The notes beneath the pieces were generated by a model. The model was given only the letters and a program-made list of their open reading frames with translations. It ran no database searches and was not told where the DNA came from. 64,000 nucleotides of DNA from an uncultured Gammaproteobacteria bacterium (GTDB lineage Bacteria > Patescibacteriota > Patescibacteriia > UBA1558 > 2-01-FULL-52-15): positions 43,750-107,749 of the forward strand of contig CAZIOU010000002.1 in the NCBI GenBank assembly GCA_964540995.1, given 5' to 3'. Of this stretch, positions 27,232 to 37,344 are shown one piece after another (position 1 is the first letter of the stretch; the number at the start of each line of letters is the position of its first letter). The position numbers were made by a program, and so were the translations under genes.

Positions 27232-30138
27232 TTAGACGACAATATTTACGATCTTACCTGAAACGTAGATAAATTTCTTCGGCTGGTTGCCAACTAGGTG
27301 TTTCTGTACCACAGGTAGCGACAGAACGATTGGTTTCAGATCAGCTTCCGTAATATCAGACGCTACTTCCACCTGCCCGCGCACCTTACCGTTAATCTGA
27401 ACTGGTAACGCTATTTTGTCCGCACGCAAAAGTGCTGGATCATATGTCGGCCAGCTCTGAAGATGAATAGAGTCTTGGTGGCCCAACTTCTCTCGCCATA
27501 GCTCCTCCGTCATATGTGGCGCCAATGGTGCTAACAAGAGCAGAAATGTTTCCAATACAGAACGCTCGACAATTTTCTGCTCCGTAACAGCATTAAATAA
27601 AATCATCAATCCGCTAACAATAGTATTGTAAGAACGACGAGCGATATCATCATCCACTTTTTTAATCGTTTGATGGAGTAGGTTATGAATACTTGATTGC
27701 TTGCTATCAGAAATTGCTGCTGATTGATAATAGTCCCAGATACGTTTCAAGAAGCGATACACTCCCTGCACACTACCATCATTCCAGATCTTAGTACCAT
27801 CATATTCTCCCATGAACATTTCATACAAACGCAAAGTGTCAGCACCATATTTCTCCACGATAGCATCAGGATTGATGACGTTACCTCTGGATTTGGACAT
27901 CTTCTGACTATCAGGGCCCAGGATCATGCCATGAGAAATACGTCGAGCGTAGGGCTCGGCAGTAGGGACTAACCCCTGATCGAAGAGGAACTTGTGCCAG
28001 AAACGTGAGTAAAGAAGATGCAATGTCGTGTGCTCCATTCCTCCATTATAGAGATCTACCGGTAACCAATAATCCAGTTTTTTCTTGTCAGCTAACACTT
28101 GATCATTCAATGGGTCAGTGAAGCGCAAGAAATACCACGACGAACCAGCCCAATTGGGCATAGTATCGGTCTCACGCTTAGCAGCGGCACCACATTTGGG
28201 ACATTTCACATTTACCCAATCTGTAATAGCTGCCAAAGGTGACTCGCCGGTATCAGTAGGCTCATAGTGCTCTATGTCCGGTAATTCCAATGGCAGATCT
28301 TTGTCATCTAGTGGCACATAGCCGCAGTGCTCACAGATAATGACCGGTATCGGCTCACCCCAATAATGTTGGCGTGAAAAAATCCAATCACGCAACTTGT
28401 AATGCGTAGTTATCTTGCCTTGTTTCTTGGCTACCAGTGCATCAGCGATGGCTTGCCAGGCCTTGGTATCAGGCAAACCATCAAATTCATGTGAACTCAT
28501 CATCACTCCTTCTCCGGTATAGGCTGTTCCGCCGCTGATATACTGCTGCCAGATGAACAGTCCATCAACGATGTTCAATTTCTTGGGCACTTCATCGGCT
28601 GTCACCCACAGCGGGCTGTGTTTGGCTGTCTCCTCATCGGTTAACTCACGACGTTGATCGTTAACCAAGTCAAAAACCACAACACTTATATCGGCATAAC
28701 GGTTTTCATCTTTATGACCAGCATAATACTCTGACTGAATCATCAAAGGTAACTGCTGAACAAAGGCAATATTCTCATAACCAGTTTCTTCCAGTACCTC
28801 TCGCTTGGCTGCTTCGATCAGATCTTCTCCGGGATCAACACCTCCAATGACGAAAGAGTATAACTGCGGCCGCTGGGGCGTCAGGTTCACTTTCCAATCT
28901 AATAACATTATCTTCTGATCGCTCGGACGACGCAGAATTATATGAACATTATGGCGACGAACCGATTTCTTACCTGGAATCGGCCGGCTTACAGGTTCCT
29001 CGAAATGTGGCGCAATCACTTGTTTAATCGGCAATTCATATTTGTGGGCAAACTCCCAATCTCGCTCATCATGCGCTGGTACCGCCATGATAGCGCCAGT
29101 GCCATAACTCATCATGACATAATCCGCCACGAAAATAGGTAACTCTTCTTGGGTAAAAGGGTGAAGCGCTTTGATGCCTTTCAATTCCACACCGGTTTTC
29201 TCTTTCTTCTCCTGGCGCTCTCGATCGGTTAATTTTTTGCTCGCTGTCACATAGGCTTCCACCTCAGAGTAATTCTTCACTTTCAACTGGTAACTTTCAA
29301 TTAACGGGTGCTCCGGTGCAATGACGAGAAATGTAGCGCCGAAAATAGTGTCGGGACGAGTGGTGAAGACACGAAGAGTGGTACTTGGTACTGGCGACTG
29401 GGTACTCGGATCCCCGATAGCGGATCCTGCGATCTTAAACTCAATCTCCACTCCCTTACTCCGCCCAATCCAATCAATCTGCTGCTTCTTGATGTGGGGT
29501 AGGAAATTGACCGTTTCTAGATCATCGACCAGACGATCAGCGTACTTAGTAATTTTCAAAATCCATTGGTTAATATCACGTAATTCCACTTCAGTACCGC
29601 AGCGTTCACATTTACCATCGACAACTTCTTCGAACGCCAAGCCAATCTTATCTTTGGGACACCAATTAATCTTGGTTAATTTCTTTTCTGCTAGACCAGC
29701 CTTATAGAGTTGTAAGAATATCCACTGTGTCCATTTATAATATTTCGGGTCAGTTGTATTAACTTCTCGACTCCAGTCAAAAGAGATGCCAAGCGATTTG
29801 ATCTGGCGTTTGAAATTGGCAATATTTTTCTCTACTGCTTGTCGAGGATGTATCTTATTTTTGATAGCATAATTCTCCGCCGGCAAACCAAAAGCATCCC
29901 ATCCCATCGGATACAGCACGTTATTACCCTTCATGCGCAGGTAACGCGCTAAGACATCTTGAGCGGTATAGGACAGACAGTGACCGACATGCAGACCATC
30001 ACCAGAAGGATAAGGAAACTCCACTAAAATATACTGCTTGGGCTTAGCAGAAAAATCTTCAGCTCGATACAAATGCTGCTGATCCCAGTACTGTTGCCAC
30101 TTGGGCTCAAATTCTGATGGTTGGTACTCATTAGTCAT
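27232..30138 (-). CDS. leuS: Leucyl-tRNA synthetase with an inserted Nudix-hydrolase domain
   Basis: HIGH motif PYPSGDGLHVGH; KMSKS motif KMSKSRGN; CP1/editing-region motif AHDERDWEFAHKYELPI. See the Nudix insertion feature. Confidence 0.9.
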   Translation of the reverse strand: MTNEYQPSEFEPKWQQYWDQQHLYRAEDFSAKPKQYILVEFPYPSGDGLHVGHCLSYTAQDVLARYLRMKGNNVLYPMGWDAFGLPAENYAIKNKIHPRQAVEKNIANFKRQIKSLGISFDWSREVNTTDPKYYKWTQWIFLQLYKAGLAEKKLTKINWCPKDKIGLAFEEVVDGKCERCGTEVELRDINQWILKITKYADRLVDDLETVNFLPHIKKQQIDWIGRSKGVEIEFKIAGSAIGDPSTQSPVPSTTLRVFTTRPDTIFGATFLVIAPEHPLIESYQLKVKNYSEVEAYVTASKKLTDRERQEKKEKTGVELKGIKALHPFTQEELPIFVADYVMMSYGTGAIMAVPAHDERDWEFAHKYELPIKQVIAPHFEEPVSRPIPGKKSVRRHNVHIILRRPSDQKIMLLDWKVNLTPQRPQLYSFVIGGVDPGEDLIEAAKREVLEETGYENIAFVQQLPLMIQSEYYAGHKDENRYADISVVVFDLVNDQRRELTDEETAKHSPLWVTADEVPKKLNIVDGLFIWQQYISGGTAYTGEGVMMSSHEFDGLPDTKAWQAIADALVAKKQGKITTHYKLRDWIFSRQHYWGEPIPVIICEHCGYVPLDDKDLPLELPDIEHYEPTDTGESPLAAITDWVNVKCPKCGAAAKRETDTMPNWAGSSWYFLRFTDPLNDQVLADKKKLDYWLPVDLYNGGMEHTTLHLLYSRFWHKFLFDQGLVPTAEPYARRISHGMILGPDSQKMSKSRGNVINPDAIVEKYGADTLRLYEMFMGEYDGTKIWNDGSVQGVYRFLKRIWDYYQSAAISDSKQSSIHNLLHQTIKKVDDDIARRSYNTIVSGLMILFNAVTEQKIVERSVLETFLLLLAPLAPHMTEELWREKLGHQDSIHLQSWPTYDPALLRADKIALPVQINGKVRGQVEVASDITEADLKPIVLSLPVVQKHLVGNQPKKFIYVSGKIVNIVV
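28534..28986 (-). other. Nudix hydrolase domain inserted in LeuS (about aa 385-535)
   Basis: The perfect Nudix box GGVDPGEDLIEAAKREVLEETGY (Gx5Ex7REUxEExGU) lies between the editing-domain motif AHDERDWEF...ELPI and the YKLRDWIFSRQHYWGEPIP block. In E. coli LeuS these two blocks are about 40 aa apart. Confidence 0.7.
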
Positions 30139-30205
30139 ACCTCTTAAATTAGCAATTTACGGCCAATATGGCAAACCTTGGGGCAATGTAACTTGACGAA
30201 ATTCC

Positions 30206-30234
30206 TTGAAAATTGTCAACGAAAATGGTATAGT
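30206..30234 (+). promoter_or_regulatory. Sigma70-like promoter (TTGAAA-17-TATAGT) for the LysM/M23 gene
   Basis: TTGAAA-attgtcaacgaaaatgg-TATAGT, followed by a leader of 100-250 nt depending on the true start. Confidence 0.5.
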
Positions 30235-30335
30235 AGTAGTCGCATAATTAATCATTGATTCGCATTCTGCAATCAAGGTGAGTGCGAACGGTGAATGGAT
30301 GATAGTACGTTATTAATGTCCGTCTGAAAAAAATC

Positions 30336-31658
30336 TTGGTAACCATAGCGCTCCACGCGGTGCGCTTCGTCACCTTACTCTCTGGTCCTATTGGTGCCTT
30401 TTTTTTGTTGGGAGGCAAAGGTATAAAATGGTCATTAAAAAAACTACTACTCAAACCAGCGCTCTTCATCTATCTGCGTGGTTTGAAATTACACAAAATA
30501 CTCACCAACAGTACCGCCAACAGTAATAGCAAATATCTTTACTGGATCAAACGCTTCGGTTATCCAACGACCGCTATTATTATCGTCTTACTGACCGCAA
30601 CCAATAATCTCACCGCCCGCGATCTGGTGCGATCAGACTTTGATACTCCCACTCGACTAGCGCAGATCATTGGTAATCCAGAGGAAGATTTCGTCACCTA
30701 CAGCACGGAGAACGCCTTGTCGCGACCCGCGCCCACGGTGACCAATTATCTAGAGGATATGGGCGCCCTAGACAATCCTATCGCTTCCTCACCTTTCGGT
30801 GATAATGATACCGACACGTTTCTTAGTATCACTCAAGGCGACACTGCTTTGGAAGCTCCCAGCATCAATGATATAGAAAGTTTACCGACCGCGCGTACTC
30901 GTAATGTCGTCTACACAGTGCAATCTGGAGACACGATCAGTGAGATCGCCCAGAAATTTAATATCAGCACCAACACCATCCTCTGGGCCAATGATTTAAC
31001 GACGCGATCCTCACTCAAACCAGGTCAGAAGCTAACTATCTTACCGACATCCGGCACGGTTCATACCGTCAAGGCTGGAGAATCGCTAGCAGCCATTGCC
31101 AAAAAATATCAAACCACTGTCGATCAAATTATCGCCTTCAACAAATTATCTAGTGAACGTGATATTCGTAGCGGCGAGAACCTGATTATTCCTGGCGGTA
31201 TCAAGCCCGCTACCGCGGTAGTTAAAGCTTACCAGCCACCAACAACAGCTAGTGTGTTGAAAAATATTATCGGCTCACCCGCTACTCAGGACAGCGGCGC
31301 TACGCTACTATGGCCATCGGGAAGTCATAAGATTACCCAATACTTCTCCTGGCGACACACTGGTCTCGACATCGGTACACCGATCGGATCGGCTGTCTAT
31401 GCTTCCGAAAATGGCCGTGTCACAGCTGCCGGCTGGAATAATAGCGGGTATGGTTATTATGTAGTCATTGATCATGGTAATGGCATGACCACGCTCTACG
31501 CTCACAACTCTGCCCTCTTGGTCAAAGAAGGCCAGAGTGTCTCCCGTGGTCAACAAATCTCCGAATCTGGCTCTACCGGAAGATCGACCGGACCTCATTT
31601 ACATTATGAAGTACGTGTTGGCGGTCGCCGTACCAACCCACTCAATTACATCCGATGA
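30336..31658 (+). CDS. LysM-domain M23 family peptidoglycan peptidase
   Basis: Two LysM repeats (YTVQSGDTISEIAQKFNIS..., HTVKAGESLAAIAKKYQTT...) and an M23 core (HTGLDIGTPIGSAVYA...HLHYEV). The track start is TTG. An alternative in-frame TTG around 30483 lies before the TM segment AIIIVLLTA. Confidence 0.8.
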   Translation: MVTIALHAVRFVTLLSGPIGAFFLLGGKGIKWSLKKLLLKPALFIYLRGLKLHKILTNSTANSNSKYLYWIKRFGYPTTAIIIVLLTATNNLTARDLVRSDFDTPTRLAQIIGNPEEDFVTYSTENALSRPAPTVTNYLEDMGALDNPIASSPFGDNDTDTFLSITQGDTALEAPSINDIESLPTARTRNVVYTVQSGDTISEIAQKFNISTNTILWANDLTTRSSLKPGQKLTILPTSGTVHTVKAGESLAAIAKKYQTTVDQIIAFNKLSSERDIRSGENLIIPGGIKPATAVVKAYQPPTTASVLKNIIGSPATQDSGATLLWPSGSHKITQYFSWRHTGLDIGTPIGSAVYASENGRVTAAGWNNSGYGYYVVIDHGNGMTTLYAHNSALLVKEGQSVSRGQQISESGSTGRSTGPHLHYEVRVGGRRTNPLNYIR

Positions 31659-32188
31659 TCTTACAGCTCATCCTCACCATCTTCATTACCGCGGTAGCTA
31701 TTGTTGTAGTCTGGCAAACATTGCAAGGCCGCCGCTTCGGCCCCTATGTACCGAGCAATATGAAGATGCTTAGGCGAGCGCTGCAGGAATTACCGCTAAC
31801 AGCTAGTGATAGATTTATTGATATTGGCTCGGGCGACGGTCGAGCGGTTATAGTCGCTGCCAAACAATTCGGCCTTCATGCGGATGGCATTGAGATCGCA
31901 CCAGTCCTCTGCTGGTGGGCTACGATGCGAACTTGGTTAGCCGGAGTACGATCCAAGACCAAGATTATCTGCGGTGATCTCTATCAGCTCGACCTAAGTA
32001 ATTATTCGATTATCTATATCTTTGGCTTACCAACTAATATCCAGACTAAAGTGTATGAGAAATTACAGCACGAGTGTAAGTCTGGAACCTACATTATTTC
32101 CTACAGTTTCTCTTTGCCGCAGCAGCAGCCAATCAAATTCTTGCAAGACCGCTGGCGCAAGATCATGATCTATAGAATTGAGAAATAA
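31655..32188 (+). CDS. Small class I SAM-dependent methyltransferase
   Basis: Glycine-rich motif I IDIGSGDGR. Overlaps the upstream stop (ATGA). Confidence 0.6.
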   Translation: MILQLILTIFITAVAIVVVWQTLQGRRFGPYVPSNMKMLRRALQELPLTASDRFIDIGSGDGRAVIVAAKQFGLHADGIEIAPVLCWWATMRTWLAGVRSKTKIICGDLYQLDLSNYSIIYIFGLPTNIQTKVYEKLQHECKSGTYIISYSFSLPQQQPIKFLQDRWRKIMIYRIEK

Positions 32189-32344
32189 GAATTGTTGTAA
32201 CACAAAACACTTTCATTATTCATAATTCTTAATTCTTCATTCTTAATTCATAATGTGTCTCACTTGACCTGTCGGTCATTTTTTGTTAAAAGGTAATGAC
32301 GTTTCGTCCCTTCACAATTACCTTTTCCTTCACAGGAGGCTATC

Positions 32345-33106
32345 ATGCCCGCTCGTTCTGCTTGGAAATCAGCTCTGATATATCTCGGACTGTTACTGAC
32401 AATAATTGGGTTACCGTGGGCACTTGTCTCGGTGCTGCGACCGCTCAATAGCACCGAATACGAACCAATCAGCTTCCAAGTAGCGGTCAATTTCATACAC
32501 TGGGGTGGTCTGTCGTGGCTTTTCTATGTGATCTTCTTCGCCACCACACTGTACTTCGCGGTCATGGGATTCAATATACGCTTCTACCGTCATTACTACT
32601 TTGCTCATGCGCGTATTGATGTCGCTGGACCGATGCCAAAGTTGGTAGCCGCCTATGGAGCCCAGAGCAGCGCTCCTAAATGGAAATTGGCTGACCTCGG
32701 TGGCAACGACTTTCAAATCAAACAAGTCTCAATCTCGATCCCTATGAGGATGCAGCCGATCGCAGACAACCCTAAGGTCAGAAGATTGACCTACGAGATT
32801 CAATTTGCTTCAGCGACAAACACGGCGTCGGCAGAGCATACACTGCAGTTGGTCACCCAAGCATCAAAGGTGTCCAATCAAGGTCGTATCGATGGTGATG
32901 GTAGCCTGAAAGAAGCACTGGAACGCTGGCTCAAGTATCACCTGTATATTTTCAACGAGCGGAATAGTCGGCACCTGGGTGAGCTGTTCAATCCGTTGGA
33001 TAATGAACAGCAGAAAGCCTTCTGGGATCTGATCAACGATTACTTCATACCGATCGTGGCAGGATCTGGTCTGATGGTCCAGCGCGCCAAATTCGATCTG
33101 ACTTAA
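32345..33106 (+). CDS. Hypothetical membrane protein
   Basis: 253 aa. Shine-Dalgarno AGGAGG 6 nt upstream. Two N-terminal TM helices. Confidence 0.5.
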   Translation: MPARSAWKSALIYLGLLLTIIGLPWALVSVLRPLNSTEYEPISFQVAVNFIHWGGLSWLFYVIFFATTLYFAVMGFNIRFYRHYYFAHARIDVAGPMPKLVAAYGAQSSAPKWKLADLGGNDFQIKQVSISIPMRMQPIADNPKVRRLTYEIQFASATNTASAEHTLQLVTQASKVSNQGRIDGDGSLKEALERWLKYHLYIFNERNSRHLGELFNPLDNEQQKAFWDLINDYFIPIVAGSGLMVQRAKFDLT

Positions 33107-33116
33107 TAACAAATAC

Positions 33117-33150
33117 AAGCCCCACATGTTTCATGTGGGGCTTTCTTATT
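33117..33150. terminator. Bidirectional hairpin terminator
   Basis: aagccccacatg-tttc-catgtggggctt flanked by A-rich and T-rich runs, between convergent genes. Confidence 0.65.
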
Positions 33151-33160
33151 AAGAAAAATC

Positions 33161-33736
33161 TTACTTCCTAACTTCTTTGTAGCAGAAACAACTCACCAAA
33201 TGATCATTAACCATCCCAGCTGCTTGCATGAAAGCATAACAGATCGTCGGGCCGCAGAAGGTAAAGCCGCGTTGCTTCAAATCCTTACTCATCTGCTCTG
33301 CTTCAACTGTCTTGGCCGGTAAATCTTTGGACATTTTCCAACTATTTTTAATAGTCTTACCCTTAGTAAACTGCCAAATATAGTTATCAAATGAACCGAA
33401 CTCTTTCTGAATCTGCAAAAAAGCTTTAGCGTTTTTAATCGATCCTTCAATCTTCAATTTATTACGGATAATTCCGGCATTGTTCATCAGCCGTTTATAG
33501 TCGCGAGCGGTAAAGGCCGCCACCTTCCGAGGATCGAAATTAGCAAAGGCCTTCTCGAAATTCTGACGCTTATTAATAATTGTTGACCAGGACAAGCCAG
33601 CCTGAAAAGCATCTAATATAAAAAATTCAAACAACTTCCTGTCATTATGCAGTGGCACTCCCCACTCCTTATCATGATAAGCGATCATCAGAGGGTTCTC
33701 TCCGACCCAGCTACAACGTTTTTTTGATTTGTACAT
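33161..33736 (-). CDS. tag: DNA-3-methyladenine glycosylase I
   Basis: CSWVGENPLMIAYHDKEWGVPLHNDRKLFEFFILDAFQAGLSWSTI. Confidence 0.85.
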   Translation of the reverse strand: MYKSKKRCSWVGENPLMIAYHDKEWGVPLHNDRKLFEFFILDAFQAGLSWSTIINKRQNFEKAFANFDPRKVAAFTARDYKRLMNNAGIIRNKLKIEGSIKNAKAFLQIQKEFGSFDNYIWQFTKGKTIKNSWKMSKDLPAKTVEAEQMSKDLKQRGFTFCGPTICYAFMQAAGMVNDHLVSCFCYKEVRK

Positions 33737-33790
33737 AGCAGCCTGTCATTGCGACCCCGCCTGCTGCGGGGGAAGCAATCTAGCATTACG

Positions 33791-34096
33791 CTAATTAAAA
33801 GTTTTCCTAACCACCTTAGCTAACTCCTGAATGTCATCGTCAGGACTAATCTTATTCTTCTTGCGATAGCCACAGTCGATACACTCATGCACGATAATCA
33901 TATGTTCGCTCGACCCTTCCGATGCCACCGGCTCCATCATACCACCACACTCGGCTGCTCGATCGCCTGGGTTAATATCAACGTGTTTGCTCCAGAGACA
34001 TTTGGGACAATGATTGGTATAACCATTACCGGTCACTTCATGGCCGCAGTGCTCGCAGACAAAATCTTCTACGTTTCTTTGGAACTTCTTAGGCAT
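33791..34096 (-). CDS. Zinc-ribbon (RNHCP-like) protein
   Basis: CEHCGHEV...HCPKCLW...CIDCGY gives three CxxC pairs. Probable start MPKKFQ at 34096. Confidence 0.5.
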   Translation of the reverse strand: MPKKFQRNVEDFVCEHCGHEVTGNGYTNHCPKCLWSKHVDINPGDRAAECGGMMEPVASEGSSEHMIIVHECIDCGYRKKNKISPDDDIQELAKVVRKTFN

Positions 34097-34100
34097 ACTA

Positions 34101-34496
34101 TTACTGCAGTGGTAAACAATTTTGGGAAAAGTCAGAACCTTTTCCTGCAACCATACCAACTCTTACTGCTTGTGAGGGGTATTCATACTGCAAAGCTATC
34201 TGGTAGCCGTCTTTGGTCACCCAAAGATTAGCTGATCGTCCATGAGTAAACCGGATAGTAAATAGGCCCGCAGAGTCACTTTGACTCGTTACCCAATAAT
34301 TCTTATCCCACACCAGATAACTATCCCAACCCCATCCCTGCTGCCTCGCTGTGACGGTAGCATTGGCAATAGGTTGATTGGTACTACAATCATAGACAGT
34401 ACCAGCCACAACTTTCTGACCGAGAAACGATGTGTAGACTGCAACGAAAACAACTACCAGTATCACAGCTAGTATGAATAGGAAGATTTTTTTCAT
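34101..34496 (-). CDS. Small N-terminally anchored secreted protein
   Basis: The signal/TM is MKKIFLFILAVILVVVFVAVY, followed by a beta-rich domain. Confidence 0.45.
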   Translation of the reverse strand: MKKIFLFILAVILVVVFVAVYTSFLGQKVVAGTVYDCSTNQPIANATVTARQQGWGWDSYLVWDKNYWVTSQSDSAGLFTIRFTHGRSANLWVTKDGYQIALQYEYPSQAVRVGMVAGKGSDFSQNCLPLQ

Positions 34497-34525
34497 AACG
34501 TAGGTAGAGAAGGTTGTAGAATAAT

Positions 34526-35926
34526 TTAGCGGCTATAGCGGCTCGGGGCGCGGCGTTTGCCACCCATGCCTCGTTTGCTGTCACGTCGAGTAGATTGACT
34601 GCGTCGGCGTCCAAAGGAATGATCGGCACCGGTAGTACTATCTCCTCCGCTGTGTCCTTGGGTATGATCAGAGAAACGTGAGCTGCCGGGTCTGCGGCCG
34701 CGTGTAAATGGTCGTGAGGTTGCACGTGATCTGCCTTCTGGTACATCAGCGTGATAACGTGAAGCTTCAACTTCTGCTTGTGGTCTGACAGGAGCCAGCG
34801 TAGTCGGGCGTTTCATCGCTACCGTGGTACGGGTAAGACGTTCAATATCACGGACCTTACCACGTTGATCAGCCGACACGAACGTAATAGCTAAACCGGA
34901 TGAACCAGCCCGTCCTGTACGACCAATGCGGTGCACATAATCTTCGGGGTCTTCTGGCATATCAAAGTTAACGACTAATTCAATATCTTGCACATCAATA
35001 CCGCGAGCAGCTATATCAGTAGCAACTAAGACACGATATTTACCGTTCTTGAATCCACGGATAGCATCCTGACGTTGGGCCAGCGAGCGGTTAGAGTGAA
35101 TTTCTGTGGCTCGATGTCCCATAGCACCGACCGCTTGACTGATGCGTTTGGCTCCATGCTTGGTTCGAGAGAAAACCAGTACAGTTCCTTTATACTGACT
35201 TAGCAATGAATCGAGTAAACGAATTTTTTCTTCTTTATTAACCATCAGAAATTCTTGTTGCACTTTGTCAGTCAGAGTACCAGCGCGAGCAACTTCGATG
35301 CGTAGTGGCAATTCCATATAGGCAGTAGCCAACTTAACGATCGGATCAGGCATCGTAGCGGAGAAAAGCATCACCTGTCGCTTGTCGGGCAAAGCACTCA
35401 TAATGCGCTTGATCTGTGGTGCGAAACCCATGTCAAACATACGATCAGCTTCATCCAAGACGACGATCTTCACCCGACGGAGATCGACTGAACGTTGTGT
35501 CATATGATCGAGTAAACGTCCTGGTGTAGCGATGATGATGTGAGGGTTACGATTGAGCGCTGCCAGTTGTCTACGAATATCAGTACCGCCGATAAGAACA
35601 ACCGAGTTCATACGCAAAGGTCGGCCCAATTTCTCGACTACTTCTTCTACTTGGATGGCTAGCTCGCGAGTCGGAACTACAATTAAACCTAAACCGCCAA
35701 GTACTTGTAGTCGCTGCATCAAAGGGATGACGAAGGCTAAAGTCTTACCGGTGCCGGTCTGGGCCACACCGATCAGATCTTTGCCGGTGACAGCGATCGG
35801 GATAGCTTTGTGTTGGATCGGTGTCGGTGTAGTAAATTGTAAACGGTCAAGAATACCCAAAATATTCTGGTTGATGCCGAGTGTGGTGAAACTTTGGTTT
35901 GGGACTGGCGTTGGTGATTGATTCAC
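34526..35926 (-). CDS. DEAD-box ATP-dependent RNA helicase with an RG-rich C-terminal tail
   Basis: Motifs AQTGTGKTLAF, VLDEAD, SAT and HRIGRTGRAG. GTG start. Confidence 0.85.
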   Translation of the reverse strand: MNQSPTPVPNQSFTTLGINQNILGILDRLQFTTPTPIQHKAIPIAVTGKDLIGVAQTGTGKTLAFVIPLMQRLQVLGGLGLIVVPTRELAIQVEEVVEKLGRPLRMNSVVLIGGTDIRRQLAALNRNPHIIIATPGRLLDHMTQRSVDLRRVKIVVLDEADRMFDMGFAPQIKRIMSALPDKRQVMLFSATMPDPIVKLATAYMELPLRIEVARAGTLTDKVQQEFLMVNKEEKIRLLDSLLSQYKGTVLVFSRTKHGAKRISQAVGAMGHRATEIHSNRSLAQRQDAIRGFKNGKYRVLVATDIAARGIDVQDIELVVNFDMPEDPEDYVHRIGRTGRAGSSGLAITFVSADQRGKVRDIERLTRTTVAMKRPTTLAPVRPQAEVEASRYHADVPEGRSRATSRPFTRGRRPGSSRFSDHTQGHSGGDSTTGADHSFGRRRSQSTRRDSKRGMGGKRRAPSRYSR

Positions 35927-35994
35927 GGTGATTATGATTTGTACTAACTTAAATTGTAATTATAGTCTTCAGATGCCTTGGTCGCTGAGCGATA

Positions 35995-36234
35995 TTAATT
36001 GTAAGTCACATCGCTTCTCCGTTGTATCGAAAATATATGATACTTACCACGTCCATCAATGATTATAAATATTCGTATACTGCCGACACGGACTCGCAGT
36101 ATGTCCTTGCGGTTGGCAATCTTCTTGATATCTAGAGCAGTAAGATCCTGACTTTGGATCTGATGAATAACAGCCAGCACCCTCTGTAGTTCTTTGGTCG
36201 TCAAGCGCTGAAGAAACTTCTCGATCTTATCCAT
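35995..36234 (-). CDS. RelE/ParE-family toxin
   Basis: ILRVRVGSIRIFIIIDGRGKYHIFSIQRRSDVTY matches the RelE C-terminal pattern (RvGdyRi...ghRkdvY). Confidence 0.6.
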   Translation of the reverse strand: MDKIEKFLQRLTTKELQRVLAVIHQIQSQDLTALDIKKIANRKDILRVRVGSIRIFIIIDGRGKYHIFSIQRRSDVTYN

Positions 36235-36238
36235 ACTG

Positions 36239-36478
36239 CTATTTCTTAAGCATCCGAGTCAGAGTCTTCTCGACTTTCTCAATCGTGACACCCTTGGGGT
36301 CAATCTGAGTGAAATCAATCACTTCTTCCCAAACGCCATCATCGATATCCGGCGAGGACAATCGGAATACTGGACGAGATTTGCGAACCACCAAGAAAGA
36401 CTGACCCTTTTTAACTTTTTTGATGTAATCCTCAGTATTCTCGCGCAACTCTTTGAGACCAATTATTTTCTCTGCCAT
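36239..36478 (-). CDS. Phd/YefM-family antitoxin
   Basis: The N-terminus KIIGLKELRENTEDYIKKVKKGQSFLVVRKSRPVFRL is Phd_YefM-like. It lies directly upstream of the toxin. Confidence 0.55.
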   Translation of the reverse strand: MAEKIIGLKELRENTEDYIKKVKKGQSFLVVRKSRPVFRLSSPDIDDGVWEEVIDFTQIDPKGVTIEKVEKTLTRMLKK

Positions 36479-36541
36479 AGACTCTAAGTTAATCTTAAGA
36501 TTAACTTAAGGTAGCATCAAATTACTTTTTATGCAACCGAC

Positions 36542-37297
36542 CTAGGCTTTTGACTTATCTCTATGGTACTGCTCTAATAATGCGTTAATCACCTTTGCTA
36601 ATTGCACAGTGAGCATATAAATATCGTCAAGAACTTTTCGACCAGTTTCGTCCGTTTGCTCCGCAAGAAACCCGGATACAGCTGCGTCAGCATAATAGTA
36701 TCTGGTCTCATAAAATCCTGTGCTCGTTGACGAATACGTTGCGAACTTGGTTAAATCTCCCAAATCCTGCTCAAAAAAATGCCTTCTAAATCCTTGCGCT
36801 AGTGGCTTACCTGATTGAAAAAAATGAAATGCAACATTATTTCTAATCATTAATAACAGATGCCTTATCTTTTCAATATCAACCTCATTATATTCTTTGG
36901 TCTCCTTATCGTCGCAAATATCAATAAGTAGCGACCAGATTTTTTGATCATTACTATTCAGCTGCTGATAATATCTTTGAAAAATCGTCGAATCAATAAT
37001 TTTTCGATTTTCCGAAATTAAAAGGAGCGACTCATGTAATAAACCAATTGTGTATTTAAGAGTTTGTATTTTTAAACCAGCAAATTCACCCGCATGTTCT
37101 GAATACTCAGTAGGTTGTGGCTTTCTATAATATCTTTCGCGCCACTTATCAAAGTACACCAAACCTTTTAAGTCATTAAAAACCATTGCTAATGACAAGA
37201 AAAACAAATCTAGCTCCTGCCCAGAGGTGCTTGGTGAATCAGAAATTAATCCTTCGGGCTTTAATTTCCTCAATTTGCTATTCTTAAATTCTTCCAT
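36542..37297 (-). CDS. Hypothetical AT-rich protein next to the tRNA gene
   Basis: 251 aa. No motif recognised. Confidence 0.45.
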   Translation of the reverse strand: MEEFKNSKLRKLKPEGLISDSPSTSGQELDLFFLSLAMVFNDLKGLVYFDKWRERYYRKPQPTEYSEHAGEFAGLKIQTLKYTIGLLHESLLLISENRKIIDSTIFQRYYQQLNSNDQKIWSLLIDICDDKETKEYNEVDIEKIRHLLLMIRNNVAFHFFQSGKPLAQGFRRHFFEQDLGDLTKFATYSSTSTGFYETRYYYADAAVSGFLAEQTDETGRKVLDDIYMLTVQLAKVINALLEQYHRDKSKA

Positions 37298-37344
37298 TAA
37301 ATATACGCTAGCTAATACTCTGAAATAATCGGAGGGGAAAGTAA

